A stretch of 64,000 nucleotides of DNA from Aquificaceae bacterium (GCA_037924335.1 JAXSMZ010000004.1:1-64000), one strand, 5' to 3'; positions 27,914 to 37,872 are shown, counted from the first letter of the stretch. Notes: generated by a model not told the origin, from the letters alone. Translations and numbers: made by a program.

Positions 27914-29269
27914 ATGAGAAAGGTCCTTCTGACAGCTTTGTTTTCCAGTATGGCTTTTGCACAGACAACTGATGAAAAGATTCAAGAGCTTGAAAAGCAG
28001 ATAAGGATGCTCCAGCAAGAAGTACAGAAGCTAAAGGAAGAACAGAAGAAGGCAGAGGAGACAAAGCAGGAGACAGAAGTCCTAAAGGAGGAGATAAGAA
28101 AGCTCAGGCTTGAGATTGCCATGCCACAGCTTGAGATTAAATCCTACTCTGGATTAGGTCCCGCAGCCTCCAAGGTGCACTTTAATCCAAGGGGTGTGTC
28201 CATCGGTGGTTATGGTGAGATACATTTTACGTACAATCCAGATAAGCGACCCAAGAGTACTGTAGATGCAAAAAGGCTAGTTCTTTACCTTGGTTATGCT
28301 TTTGATGAAAAGCTAAAGTTTAATTCAGAAATAGAATGGGCTCATGCCTTCGTGGAGGGTGCTGAAGAGAGCGGTGAGGTTGAAGTAGAGTTTGCCTATC
28401 TTGATTACAATTTTAACGAAAGATTTGGATTAAGGGGTGGTCTTCTCCTCATTCCTGTTGGCATAATAAATGAGTATCATGAGCCTCCAACCTTTCCAAG
28501 TGTGGATAGGCCATATGTAGAAAGGAACATAATTCCAACAACCTTTAGAGAGTTGGGTTTTGGGGCTTATGGCAAAATTGGAAATTTTGAATATAGAGCT
28601 TATATTACCAACGGCTTAAAGCCTAACGAAGAAGCAGGAGAGAAGGTAGAAAAGGGAGAACTGCTTGGCGGCTTTAAGCAAAAGGGTTTTAAAGCTGCTG
28701 CAGACCAAGTAGCCTTTACAGGTAGAATAGGTATTAACCTGCCATATAACATAAAGGTGGGTGGGAGCACATTTATAGGAGGGGTTCAAAACGATGAAGG
28801 TAAAAGACTTGGCACTGTCAGCCTCTTTTCTCCACATCTTTGGTGGCAGTACAGTGGTTGGGACATAAGGGCGGTGGGGGTATACGGAAGCACATCGGAT
28901 GCTCAAAAGATATCATTAGCCGTAAGTCAAGACCCTGCATGCACATATCTTGGCGACCTCTCAAAATGTACAACGTTTCCAAAAAGGTTCTACGGATTTT
29001 ATACTCAAGTGGCTTACGATATTTTTAGACTTTTTAAAACTAGTGACCAGGAGCTTTATGTCTTTGGTATATATGAAAACTATAATACTCATTCAAGTGT
29101 GCCAGAAGGCTTTGAAAAACCTACAGGCTCAAAGGTGCAAGTCTTTAACCTTGGACTATCTTATAAACCCCATCCCTTAGTGGCTTTAAAGGCTGATTAT
29201 GTGAGGTTTGAGCCAAAAAGTGCCAAAAAACAAAACATATACAGAGCTGCCATATCTTGGATGTTTTAG
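27914..29269 (+). CDS. Outer-membrane beta-barrel porin with N-terminal coiled coil
   Basis: Signal peptide AFA|Q, coiled coil, SIGGYGE, FNSEIE, alternating beta-strand pattern, C-terminal Phe (ISWMF). Confidence 0.85.
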   Translation: MRKVLLTALFSSMAFAQTTDEKIQELEKQIRMLQQEVQKLKEEQKKAEETKQETEVLKEEIRKLRLEIAMPQLEIKSYSGLGPAASKVHFNPRGVSIGGYGEIHFTYNPDKRPKSTVDAKRLVLYLGYAFDEKLKFNSEIEWAHAFVEGAEESGEVEVEFAYLDYNFNERFGLRGGLLLIPVGIINEYHEPPTFPSVDRPYVERNIIPTTFRELGFGAYGKIGNFEYRAYITNGLKPNEEAGEKVEKGELLGGFKQKGFKAAADQVAFTGRIGINLPYNIKVGGSTFIGGVQNDEGKRLGTVSLFSPHLWWQYSGWDIRAVGVYGSTSDAQKISLAVSQDPACTYLGDLSKCTTFPKRFYGFYTQVAYDIFRLFKTSDQELYVFGIYENYNTHSSVPEGFEKPTGSKVQVFNLGLSYKPHPLVALKADYVRFEPKSAKKQNIYRAAISWMF

Positions 29270-29281
29270 GGAGGTATAACT

Positions 29282-30907
29282 ATGAGAAGATGGCTCTTTC
29301 TCCTACCCTTTTTTATCTTTTCCTGTGGTGGAGGAGGGGGAGAGGTTCAAAAAGATGAGTTTGCCAACCCAGAGCCTAACATACCCCTTGAGTGCTATAC
29401 AGATACAGGAATAGTAAGATATGGTAAAGCTATAGCAAACCCATGCTATGTTTGCCACACAAAAGCAAACACTCCCTATGCTAACGAAGTGGATGACTTT
29501 AACCTAACCTTTGTTTATGACTTTCCAGAGAGAATACTAAAAATAGGAAACCCTTGGCTAAATACCATAAGACCAGACCTTACAATAGGTAGTATACCAA
29601 TACCAACAGATACAGAAATCACTGTATGGATAAGGCAAGATAACTGGACCCCCGCCTATCAAAACAGAGGGAAAGGGGATATGGAATATTTTCCCGATGT
29701 GCCACCCCTTTATTCTTATAGTAATGGAACTTACAAGCTTGTAAATATAGATACTGAAGGCTTTGTAGGAAACACGGGCTGGAGAGTTTTCAAATGGAAA
29801 CCTTTTCCGGGATTTTTCCCCACCAACGGAAGGATAGACTCTACCTTAATAAGACTTCCAGAGCCTTTTAGAAAACAAAATGGAATCTCCGATAGGCAGG
29901 TTTATAAGAAAAACCTGGCCATTGTGGAGTGTGCAGTAAAAGGAGTAGAGCCTGGAGAAATGTGTAAAGGGACAGAAGTAGGAGACTTTATTATGCCAAG
30001 CTATTATGAGGGAGATGCTAGCAATGTGCCCGTAATTACATACCAATATCCACCAGGCACAGAGTTTGCCCACCCTCTTTATTACTTGGATCCAGCAAAC
30101 ACCATATCATACAAGGCCTTAAGGCTTAAAGAGATGAGGTATATGAAAAAGATAGCCTACGCACAAGAACAAACCAACGGTGAAGAGGAGGAAGAAGGAT
30201 TTTTCTACGATAGGGGGCTTGTATTCAACGACAGCAAAAACTGGTTGATGGCTGGTTTTATAGAGGACAGGGATGGAAAGCTAAGACCTCAGACTGCTGA
30301 AGAGATGAAGTTCTGCATAGCTTGCCATGGAGGTATAGGTGGGACCGTGGATGGAACCTTTACCTACTGGAGAAAGGTGCCAGGGGCTGGTGGATGGATG
30401 GAGCAGGACTACAATCTTACGGTAAAGAACATAAGGGATTGGAACTACAGTTCCTTTGAAGGAAGCATGGGAGAAGAGACTAATAAGGTCATATCCTATG
30501 TAAAAGGCGAGTACCAGCTTTACTTTTCCATGACCAACGGTGGAGACCACTTTAGAAGCAACTATGAGATAAGGTCAAGGATAAGCAAAGATCCTAACAA
30601 AATATCCTTTCTATTGTCTCCTCAAGACAACATACTTAACAACCCATCCCTTATAAACTACCTTGATGCCCAAGGCTACATAAAACCAGAACTCTTTTTA
30701 CCATCTCCAGAGAGAGCCCTAGGGATAGATAAACAGTACTACAGAATAGTTAAGGCTCAGGCATTTAAGTTTGGTAGAGATGTTTTTGAAGGCCCCTTTG
30801 GTCTATCCTCAGGTGGAAACTCTTTGGAAAAGGATATTCCAAAAGAGACTGGTATAGGTCTATCAAGTATATGGATGGTCATAAAAACCTTTTTGTTTTT
30901 GGAGTAA
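29282..30907 (+). CDS. Uncharacterised di-haem c-type lipoprotein
   Basis: Lipobox IFS|C followed by a Gly linker; CYVCH and CIACH; GGAGG RBS. Confidence 0.85.
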   Translation: MRRWLFLLPFFIFSCGGGGGEVQKDEFANPEPNIPLECYTDTGIVRYGKAIANPCYVCHTKANTPYANEVDDFNLTFVYDFPERILKIGNPWLNTIRPDLTIGSIPIPTDTEITVWIRQDNWTPAYQNRGKGDMEYFPDVPPLYSYSNGTYKLVNIDTEGFVGNTGWRVFKWKPFPGFFPTNGRIDSTLIRLPEPFRKQNGISDRQVYKKNLAIVECAVKGVEPGEMCKGTEVGDFIMPSYYEGDASNVPVITYQYPPGTEFAHPLYYLDPANTISYKALRLKEMRYMKKIAYAQEQTNGEEEEEGFFYDRGLVFNDSKNWLMAGFIEDRDGKLRPQTAEEMKFCIACHGGIGGTVDGTFTYWRKVPGAGGWMEQDYNLTVKNIRDWNYSSFEGSMGEETNKVISYVKGEYQLYFSMTNGGDHFRSNYEIRSRISKDPNKISFLLSPQDNILNNPSLINYLDAQGYIKPELFLPSPERALGIDKQYYRIVKAQAFKFGRDVFEGPFGLSSGGNSLEKDIPKETGIGLSSIWMVIKTFLFLE

Positions 30908-30913
30908 AATATA

Positions 30914-31465
30914 ATGAGAGTGTGTAGGTGGTGCCTTTTTTTGAGTTTTTTTGTTTGTCTGCTTTCCTTTGGAGTAGAAAGCTCCGCAAGAGACTTTAAG
31001 ACCCCAGAAAGAGCAATAAAGGATGTTTTTCCAGGCGCACAGGTAGAGATAAAAAATCTGATCCTCTCTAATGAGCAGAAGGAAAGTATAGAAAAGCTCT
31101 CTGGCACTAAAATGGACACAAGGCTTGTATCGTGGTACATAGCTAAAAGAGATGGTAGAGTAGTGGGCTACGCTTACATAGATACGCATACAGTGAGAAC
31201 TCATCCAGAGGTAGTGCTTTATGCCATAAATCCATCGGGTGGTATAGAAGTTATAGAGGTTCTGTCTTTCAACGAACCTCTTGAATATATGCCTGATGAG
31301 AATTGGCTTAGGCTCTTTAAGGGTAAGGTTTTCACAGGTGAAAACTTTATTCTCAGGAGGGATATCCCAAACATAAGCGGGGCAACCCTTACATCCAGAG
31401 CCATAACAAACAATACCAGAAAGGTGCTTGCCATGTGGAAGGTACTTTTTGGAGGCAAAAAATGA
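30914..31465 (+). CDS. Exported FMN-binding (flavinylated) protein
   Basis: Signal peptide; ISGATLT matches the [ST]GA[ST] ApbE flavinylation motif. Confidence 0.82.
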   Translation: MRVCRWCLFLSFFVCLLSFGVESSARDFKTPERAIKDVFPGAQVEIKNLILSNEQKESIEKLSGTKMDTRLVSWYIAKRDGRVVGYAYIDTHTVRTHPEVVLYAINPSGGIEVIEVLSFNEPLEYMPDENWLRLFKGKVFTGENFILRRDIPNISGATLTSRAITNNTRKVLAMWKVLFGGKK

Positions 31466-32373
31466 GATTTTTTGTATCGGGCAATATAAAGGAAAACAGA
31501 CCCCTTTATTACCTCGTAGTTTTATTTCTGTTCTTTTCTTTTCTCTACTGGTTTGGCTCTTGGTTTTATTTTCATAGCAGGTATGGTTTTAGCTACTCAT
31601 CCGCTTTCAAGTACTTCTTTGGAGACCCATCCTTCCCCGAGAAGGTTTCCTTATCCCAGGTTTTTCAGGACATGCACATAGACCTTTTTATGTACTCTTT
31701 TTTTCTTCTTGTGGTCTTCTCCCTCTTTCTTCTTACTTCTTACTCTAACACGCTTAAGGTTTCTCTCATAGTGCTTACTTTCCTATCCCTTCTTGTCTTT
31801 CTTACGTCAGACTTGGCCATAATCTTTTTGACACCGTGGATCATATACCTTAAGCTCTTTTCCTTCTTCATCTTTCAGGCTTTGGTCGGTTTTCTTCTTT
31901 TTTTTACTTCTCTTTTTTTCCTCTCTGGTGGAGAGGACAAGGGACCGGGGTCTTCAAACATAAGGCTTACTTTATTTATGTTTTCTATCTTCTTGCTTCT
32001 TTTTACCTTTTTTAACTTCTTTCTTTTCTTTTTCAAAATGGGATTTAGTCTTCAAAGCTTAAAAGATTACTACCTTGGAAACCCAAACCTTTTCACAAAG
32101 CCAAAGACCTTTGAGGGCCTCTTTAAAATCTTTTACCCCCACCTTATTTCCATGGCCCTTTTATCCTTTACTGCGGCACACCTTCTGCCTAAGTGGAGAC
32201 TTGCGGTCGGTTTGGGTCTTTTCTTTCTTTCCTTTTTTGATAACCTGTTGGGTTTTTTGATAAGGTTTGTCTCTCCTTATTTTGCTGTGTTTAAACTCTT
32301 TTCCTTTCTGTCCCTTGAGCTATTTCTTCTTTATTCTTGCTATGTTCTTCTTTTGAGCTCAAGGAATGGTTAG
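31462..32373 (+). CDS. Phe-rich inner-membrane protein with internal two-fold repeat (about 8 TM helices)
   Basis: ATGA-coupled start; repeats GFS.....YFFG.P..MHIDLF and GFS.....YYLG.P..YPHLISM..AHL; about 60 Phe in 303 aa. Confidence 0.75.
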   Translation: MRFFVSGNIKENRPLYYLVVLFLFFSFLYWFGSWFYFHSRYGFSYSSAFKYFFGDPSFPEKVSLSQVFQDMHIDLFMYSFFLLVVFSLFLLTSYSNTLKVSLIVLTFLSLLVFLTSDLAIIFLTPWIIYLKLFSFFIFQALVGFLLFFTSLFFLSGGEDKGPGSSNIRLTLFMFSIFLLLFTFFNFFLFFFKMGFSLQSLKDYYLGNPNLFTKPKTFEGLFKIFYPHLISMALLSFTAAHLLPKWRLAVGLGLFFLSFFDNLLGFLIRFVSPYFAVFKLFSFLSLELFLLYSCYVLLLSSRNG

Positions 32374-32383
32374 GCAATGACCC

Positions 32384-33718
32384 TTATCTGAGGTTCCGTA
32401 CTTCTTTTGAGTAAGCCCAGTAGAATATAACAGCCCTCAGCGTCATCTCCACACTCATAAAAACCCAAGGTACCAAGGGAGTATGAAAGACCTTAAGGAG
32501 AAGATAGGATGGTATTATCCTGAAAACCCAAAAGGAAAAGAAGTTTACTGCCAAGGGTATGTAAGTCTTTCCCATACCCTTTAGGGCTCCCGAGTATATG
32601 CTGGCGTATGCCATCTGAGGCTGTGAGAGTGCAACGATGATGAGATAATAAACAGCATAACGGATGACATCTGCATCCCTTGTGAATATAAGGGAGAACT
32701 CACTTGGGAATAGAAGAAGAAAAAGACCTATGAGACCCATGATGAAAGCTGTGAGGTGAGCCGTTAGATTTATTCCATACTTAAGACCTTCATAGTTTTT
32801 TGCTCCCCAATTTTGACCAGATAGGGTAGTAGCTGCAACCATAAAGCCAAAGCCTACCATAAAGGAGACGCTTTCTACCCTTAGACCCACCTGATGGGCT
32901 GCAAGCACCTTGTCTCCAAAGCTTGCCAGAAAGCCAACAAAGATGTTAAAGGAAAGGCTCGTAAAAGCCCTCTCTATGGCTGTAGGCGTTCCTATCCTCA
33001 TAATACGCAAGAGGACACTTTTATCAAAACAGAGGCGCATAGTGAAAGGCTTCCTCTTTTTGATGTATAGGAGAAGGTACGCAAAGAGCCCCACCACTTC
33101 TGATAGGACTATACCCCACCCAGCACCAGCTACCTCAAGCTTTGGAAAGCCCAAGTTTCCGTATATGAGAAGGTAAGCGCTGCTTATGTTAACCACGTTC
33201 ATAAGGAGGGCGACCTTAAAGGGGGTTTTGGTGTCTCCCCATCCGTTGTAGGCTGCGTATACAGTGTTTGTGGTAAACCCCACTGTTATTAAAGCAAAGA
33301 TAGGGTCAAGGTAGTCTCTTGCCAGATGAACAACATTCTGAGATGCCCCAAACTTTGACATCAGAAAGATTACCATGGGTGTTCCCAAAAAGGTCAGGGG
33401 GAGTGCTATCAGAAAAGAGATAAGAAGTCCCCAGAGTAAGGCTGGAGATGGATCTTTGCCAGCTCCCACTCTTTGAGCAACAAGCACAGATGTTCCAGTG
33501 TAAGATAGAGCCATAAGGGAGTATATGAACCAAAGCATGCTTGCCGAGTAGCCAACTGCTGCTATGGCAGTGGAAGACAATCCAGACACGAGTACGATGG
33601 AAAAGGCACTCTCCACAGTGTAAAGAAGGTTAGAAAGCACTATGGGAAAGGCTAAGTTTACAACTTTTCTTATTACGCTGACCTTTCTCTCGCTCGGTTC
33701 AATGATGAGTTTTGACAT
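32384..33718 (-). CDS. MATE family efflux transporter
   Basis: 12 TM helices; GDTKTP, GAGW, RIGTP..E and GQNWGA motifs. Confidence 0.93.
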   Translation of the reverse strand: MSKLIIEPSERKVSVIRKVVNLAFPIVLSNLLYTVESAFSIVLVSGLSSTAIAAVGYSASMLWFIYSLMALSYTGTSVLVAQRVGAGKDPSPALLWGLLISFLIALPLTFLGTPMVIFLMSKFGASQNVVHLARDYLDPIFALITVGFTTNTVYAAYNGWGDTKTPFKVALLMNVVNISSAYLLIYGNLGFPKLEVAGAGWGIVLSEVVGLFAYLLLYIKKRKPFTMRLCFDKSVLLRIMRIGTPTAIERAFTSLSFNIFVGFLASFGDKVLAAHQVGLRVESVSFMVGFGFMVAATTLSGQNWGAKNYEGLKYGINLTAHLTAFIMGLIGLFLLLFPSEFSLIFTRDADVIRYAVYYLIIVALSQPQMAYASIYSGALKGMGKTYIPLAVNFFSFWVFRIIPSYLLLKVFHTPLVPWVFMSVEMTLRAVIFYWAYSKEVRNLR

Positions 33719-34454
33719 AGGACTCTATTACTCTCTTAGCTTCTATGTAGCCGGCCATATAGAGCTCATCAGCTTTCCATATGTCCACGGTAGAATATCC
33801 TTGAAGCTTTGGCTCTATGGTCATATGGCATAGTTCCTTTCTCTTGTCCACGTTGGACCTCACAGCCAAAAGAAAGCTTCTGACTATAATGTGTGCTATG
33901 CTCCTTACCTTTTCCACAGAGTCAGTTGGGTTTACATCCACTCCTACCAGCAGTCCCTCTTTGTTCAAAAGGGGCTCCACTGGTAAGTTGTTGGTGACAC
34001 CCCCATCTACAAGGAGGTAATCTCCGTACCTTATAGGTTCAAAGATGCCGGGCAGGGCACAGCTTCCCAAAAGTAAAGGGTACAACTCACCAGAATCAAA
34101 GTAAAAGGTCCTCCCACTCTTTATGTCCAAAACACATATGTGGAGTTTTTTGGCAAGCTGCTCTATCCTTTCTACTCCCAAGTGCCCTCTCAAGAACCTT
34201 TCTGCCTTGCTGAAGCTGAAAAGCCCATACTTGGGAACCTTTGGTCTTATGGTTTTTAACCAATCTTTGGACTTTACAATCTTTAACATTTCCTCCGGAG
34301 TGTAACCACTGCAGTAAAAAGCACCCACAAGAGCACCAGCACTTACACCGCTCACAGATGTAACCTCAACGCTAAGCTCCTCAAGAGCTTTTAATACACC
34401 GATATGAGCTATGCCTCTTGCAGCACCACCAGAGAGAACAAGTTTAACCTTCAT
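33699..34454 (-). CDS. Patatin-like phospholipase
   Basis: LSGGAARG, GVSAG and DGG motifs. Confidence 0.93.
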   Translation of the reverse strand: MKVKLVLSGGAARGIAHIGVLKALEELSVEVTSVSGVSAGALVGAFYCSGYTPEEMLKIVKSKDWLKTIRPKVPKYGLFSFSKAERFLRGHLGVERIEQLAKKLHICVLDIKSGRTFYFDSGELYPLLLGSCALPGIFEPIRYGDYLLVDGGVTNNLPVEPLLNKEGLLVGVDVNPTDSVEKVRSIAHIIVRSFLLAVRSNVDKRKELCHMTIEPKLQGYSTVDIWKADELYMAGYIEAKRVIESYVKTHH

Positions 34455-34914
34455 GACCTAAAAGGATAACACACATACAGACTATACCCTCTTCCCTGCA
34501 AAATCCTTCCTTTGTTTTGCCTTTCAGAGAGATGATTCCCTCATCTACTCCCAAAAGTTTAGCCAAGCTTCCTCTTATCTTCTCCTTTGTGGGGGATATC
34601 TTTGGGCTATCCGTTATTATCACGCAGTCAAGGTTTAGAATCCTGTAGCCTTTTTCTCTCATCCTCTTGAGAGCTTCTTTCAAGAAGGTATCCGACCTTT
34701 TACCTTTCCACCTTGGGTCTGTGTCTGGAAAGAGCTGTCCCATGTCTGGTTCTCCCAAAGCTCCCAGTATGGCGTCTGTGATGGCATGGAGAAGAACGTC
34801 CGAGTCTGAATGCCCCTTTAGACCTTTGGGATAGTCTATGAGCACCCCCCCCATGTATAGGGGCTTTCCCTCTTGAAACTCATGGGAATCAAAGCCAAAG
34901 CCTACTCTAATCAT
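34444..34914 (-). CDS. ispF: 2-C-methyl-D-erythritol 2,4-cyclodiphosphate synthase
   Basis: RVGFGFDSH, GHSDSDVLLHA, D.G.LFPD. Confidence 0.96.
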   Translation of the reverse strand: MIRVGFGFDSHEFQEGKPLYMGGVLIDYPKGLKGHSDSDVLLHAITDAILGALGEPDMGQLFPDTDPRWKGKRSDTFLKEALKRMREKGYRILNLDCVIITDSPKISPTKEKIRGSLAKLLGVDEGIISLKGKTKEGFCREEGIVCMCVILLGHEG

Positions 34915-36034
34915 CCTTTAAGAATATACCTTTAAGAGCGCTAAAGAGCAAATTTAGGTCTTCTTCCCTGTACCTTAAACTTACTGTTAGCCTGAGCCTT
35001 GCTTTGCCTAAAGGTACTGTAGGGTACCTTATGGCTTGAAGGAATATACCTTCTTTGAAAAGCCTTTCCCTTATCTCCAAAGCTCTCTTTTCGTTGTAAA
35101 CCATCATGGGAATTATGGGAGTTCCGTAAAAAGGTGCATCTATTCCCAGTTTCCTTGTAATTCCGTGTATCCTTGCAGAAAGCTCTCTTAAACTTTGGAC
35201 CATGCCTGGATTTTGCTTGACTATTTCTAAAGCCTTTATGGCTCCAGCGCATAGGGAAGGTGGTAAAGATGTGGAAAATATCAAACTTCTTGCCGTGTTT
35301 ATCAGATACTGGCAGAGCTTTTCTGAACCACAGACAAAGGCACCATAAGAGCCAAGGGCTTTAGAGAGCGTTCCCATCACAATCATGTACTCTTCCCACT
35401 CTTCTGAGAACTCTTCAAGCCCCCCTCTCCCATTCTTTCCCAAAACTCCTGTTGCGTGGGCTTCATCAAGGTAGAGCATGCAGTCATAAGACTTGGCAAG
35501 CTTTTTTAGGCTTGGGACATGAGCCACATCCCCATCCATGCTAAAGACAGTATCGCTCGCTATAAGACATCTTCTGTGTTTTTTTCTTTCCCTATGAAGT
35601 ATAACTTCAAGATGCTCATAGTCCCTATGTTTGAAAATAAAGACCTTTGCCTTAGAGATCCTACAACCGTCTATTATGCTTGCATGGTTTAGCTCATCGC
35701 TCAGTATCATATCTCCCTCTTCCACAAGGCTGGAGATGGAGAGGTTTGCAAGGTAGCCAGACCCAAAGAGAACACAGCAAGGAACACCCTTGAAATTGGC
35801 CAAGGCATCTTCCAACTCTTTGTGGTACTTGGTATAGCCAGAGACCAATTGAGAGGCACCGCTACCAAGACCGTACTCTTTTAGCACTCTCTGGGCTTCT
35901 TTAACCACCTCTGGATGGTCCCTAAGGGCCAAATAATCGTTGGAGCAGAAGTCCCTTAGCTCTTCTCTTGGTCTTCTCTCTCTGTAAAGACCTTTTTCCT
36001 TTAGCTCCTTTAGAAGTTCTTCTATCCAATCCAT
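34907..36034 (-). CDS. bioF: 8-amino-7-oxononanoate synthase
   Basis: SNDYL, NHASIIDG, FSMDGD, DEAH, TLSKA, IRYPTVP. Confidence 0.93.
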   Translation of the reverse strand: MDWIEELLKELKEKGLYRERRPREELRDFCSNDYLALRDHPEVVKEAQRVLKEYGLGSGASQLVSGYTKYHKELEDALANFKGVPCCVLFGSGYLANLSISSLVEEGDMILSDELNHASIIDGCRISKAKVFIFKHRDYEHLEVILHRERKKHRRCLIASDTVFSMDGDVAHVPSLKKLAKSYDCMLYLDEAHATGVLGKNGRGGLEEFSEEWEEYMIVMGTLSKALGSYGAFVCGSEKLCQYLINTARSLIFSTSLPPSLCAGAIKALEIVKQNPGMVQSLRELSARIHGITRKLGIDAPFYGTPIIPMMVYNEKRALEIRERLFKEGIFLQAIRYPTVPLGKARLRLTVSLRYREEDLNLLFSALKGIFLKDD

Positions 36035-36036
36035 GC

Positions 36037-37335
36037 TCAGCTGAAAAGCTTAACTACCAAATATAAACCCAATAAGGTGAAAGCCAAGGTGGGTAAGGTT
36101 AGTATTATGCCGGTTTTAAAGTAATAACCCCAGCTTATCTTTATCCCTTTGTACTCAAGAACGTAGAGCCAAAGAAGTGTTGCCAGAGAGCCTATCGGTG
36201 TTATTTTGGGACCAAGGTCGCAACCCACTACGTTGGCATAGCCGAGGATTTTCTTCATTTCTGTGGAAAGTCCAGTCTCATCTATAGCAAGGTTCACTAT
36301 CATAACAGAGGGCATGTTGTTCATCACCGAGGACAAGAAGGCTGAAAGGAAGCCAGTTGTGAACACCCCAACCCAGTTATCCTCGCCGGCGGCAAGCTCC
36401 AAAAGTCTTGAAAGCTGGTAGGTTAGCCCTGCATTCCTAAGACCATAAACTACTACGTACATACCAATGGAAAATACCACGACCTTCCAAGGTGTCTCTC
36501 TCATAACCAAGTTGTACACGCTAAAAACCCTGTACCTCAGAGAAACCAAAAAGAGCAAAGCACCAGCAAAAGCTATTATGAAGGATGCCGGTATGTGATA
36601 GAAAGCCTCGCTTATGAAAAACCCAAAGAGCATCAAAAGAGCAACTACCCAAACAGCTTTAAATACAAAAGGGTCCTTTATGGCAAGCTTTGGTGGCTTG
36701 TCTTCTATAGCCTCTACATCGTAGGTTTTTATCATATCTTTTCTGAAAAACAGGAAAAGCACTCCAATGGTGGCAATTAGAGAGAAAAGGTTTACGAAGG
36801 TCATTCTAAAGGCATACTCAAAAAAGCCTATGTTGAAGAAATCTGCCGTCAGAATATTAACTAAGTTTGAGACAACTAAGGGAAGGCTTGTAGTGTCTGC
36901 AACGAACCCAGCTGCCATTATATAGGGAAGCATGTCCCTCTTCTTTAGACCTAAATACTTTATCTTCTGGTAGATTATGGGAGTGAGTATGAGGGCAGCA
37001 CCGTCGTTGGCAAAGGAGGCAGAGATGAGAGCTCCAAGGAGTACTATGTAAAGAAAAAGCTTTCTCCCATCACCTTTTGCAAAATGCATCATATGAAGGG
37101 CTGCCCACTCAAAAAAACCTACCTTGTCTAGTATGATGGATATGAAGATTATGCCCACAAAGGCGATTGTTGGGTCCCATACGATCTCCACAACCTTTTT
37201 TACATCTTCAAAGGACACAACGCCGAAGACAATGGCCAAGATAGCCCCAAAGGTGGCACTGTAGCCCATCCCTATGCCCCTTGGCTGTTTTATTACTAGA
37301 AAAAGAGTCAAAACAAAAAGAAAAACTGCCAACAT
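36037..37335 (-). CDS. arsB: Arsenite efflux permease
   Basis: FANDGAALILTP, SLPLVVSNLVN, NNMP, GPKITPIGSLATLLW. Confidence 0.93.
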   Translation of the reverse strand: MLAVFLFVLTLFLVIKQPRGIGMGYSATFGAILAIVFGVVSFEDVKKVVEIVWDPTIAFVGIIFISIILDKVGFFEWAALHMMHFAKGDGRKLFLYIVLLGALISASFANDGAALILTPIIYQKIKYLGLKKRDMLPYIMAAGFVADTTSLPLVVSNLVNILTADFFNIGFFEYAFRMTFVNLFSLIATIGVLFLFFRKDMIKTYDVEAIEDKPPKLAIKDPFVFKAVWVVALLMLFGFFISEAFYHIPASFIIAFAGALLFLVSLRYRVFSVYNLVMRETPWKVVVFSIGMYVVVYGLRNAGLTYQLSRLLELAAGEDNWVGVFTTGFLSAFLSSVMNNMPSVMIVNLAIDETGLSTEMKKILGYANVVGCDLGPKITPIGSLATLLWLYVLEYKGIKISWGYYFKTGIILTLPTLAFTLLGLYLVVKLFS

Positions 37336-37631
37336 TAATCTTTTGCCTCACAAGCTATACTCAGACCCTCTAACGGTATACCTTTTATCATCTGTTTAAT
37401 ACATTCTGGCAAGTTTTTTATGCGGTAGTAAACCCATTTACCCCTCCTTTCTCCCTCAATTATGTCAGCCTCCCTTAAAATTCTCAAGTGGAAGGAGACT
37501 CTTGGCTGATAGGTTCTAAAGGCATGTTGAAACTGGCAGACACAGACTTCTGGGTATTCCAGAAGCATTCTTACTATTTTCAGTCTGATCTCATCAGAAA
37601 GTGCATAAAAAACTCTCTCCAAGTCCTTCAT
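37335..37631 (-). CDS. arsR: ArsR/SmtB transcriptional repressor
   Basis: ALSD.IRL.I, EVCVC metalloid box, VSFHL..L; coupled to arsB. Confidence 0.92.
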   Translation of the reverse strand: MKDLERVFYALSDEIRLKIVRMLLEYPEVCVCQFQHAFRTYQPRVSFHLRILREADIIEGERRGKWVYYRIKNLPECIKQMIKGIPLEGLSIACEAKD

Positions 37632-37632
37632 A

Positions 37633-37794
37633 TTAGTCTATCAACTTCTTAGACCTTGATATGGCTTCTTCTATATCTTCTTTTGAAACCTTGCCTTCGA
37701 TCTCAATGGCTGGTTTGCCATCTACCAATTTGACTTGAATGAACTTTACTTCCTTAACCTCAGAAACATCTACTATTCTCCTTCCTTTCTCCAT
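37633..37794 (-). CDS. 53-aa small protein absent from the ORF track
   Basis: MEKGRRIVDVSEVKEVKFIQVKLVDGKPAIEIEGKVSKEDIEEAISRSKKLID*; AGGAGG RBS; stop 1 nt before the arsR ATG. Confidence 0.7.
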   Translation of the reverse strand: MEKGRRIVDVSEVKEVKFIQVKLVDGKPAIEIEGKVSKEDIEEAISRSKKLID

Positions 37795-37858
37795 TCTAAG
37801 CCTCCTATAAAAATTTTTTTATGTATTTTTATGATAAAAGGAATACAAGACTTTTTCT

Positions 37859-37872
37859 ATGATTAAAATCAT
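37859..37872. promoter_or_regulatory. ATGAT-N4-ATCAT palindrome
   Basis: ATGATTAAAATCAT in the divergent ars/VWA intergenic region. Confidence 0.45.
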
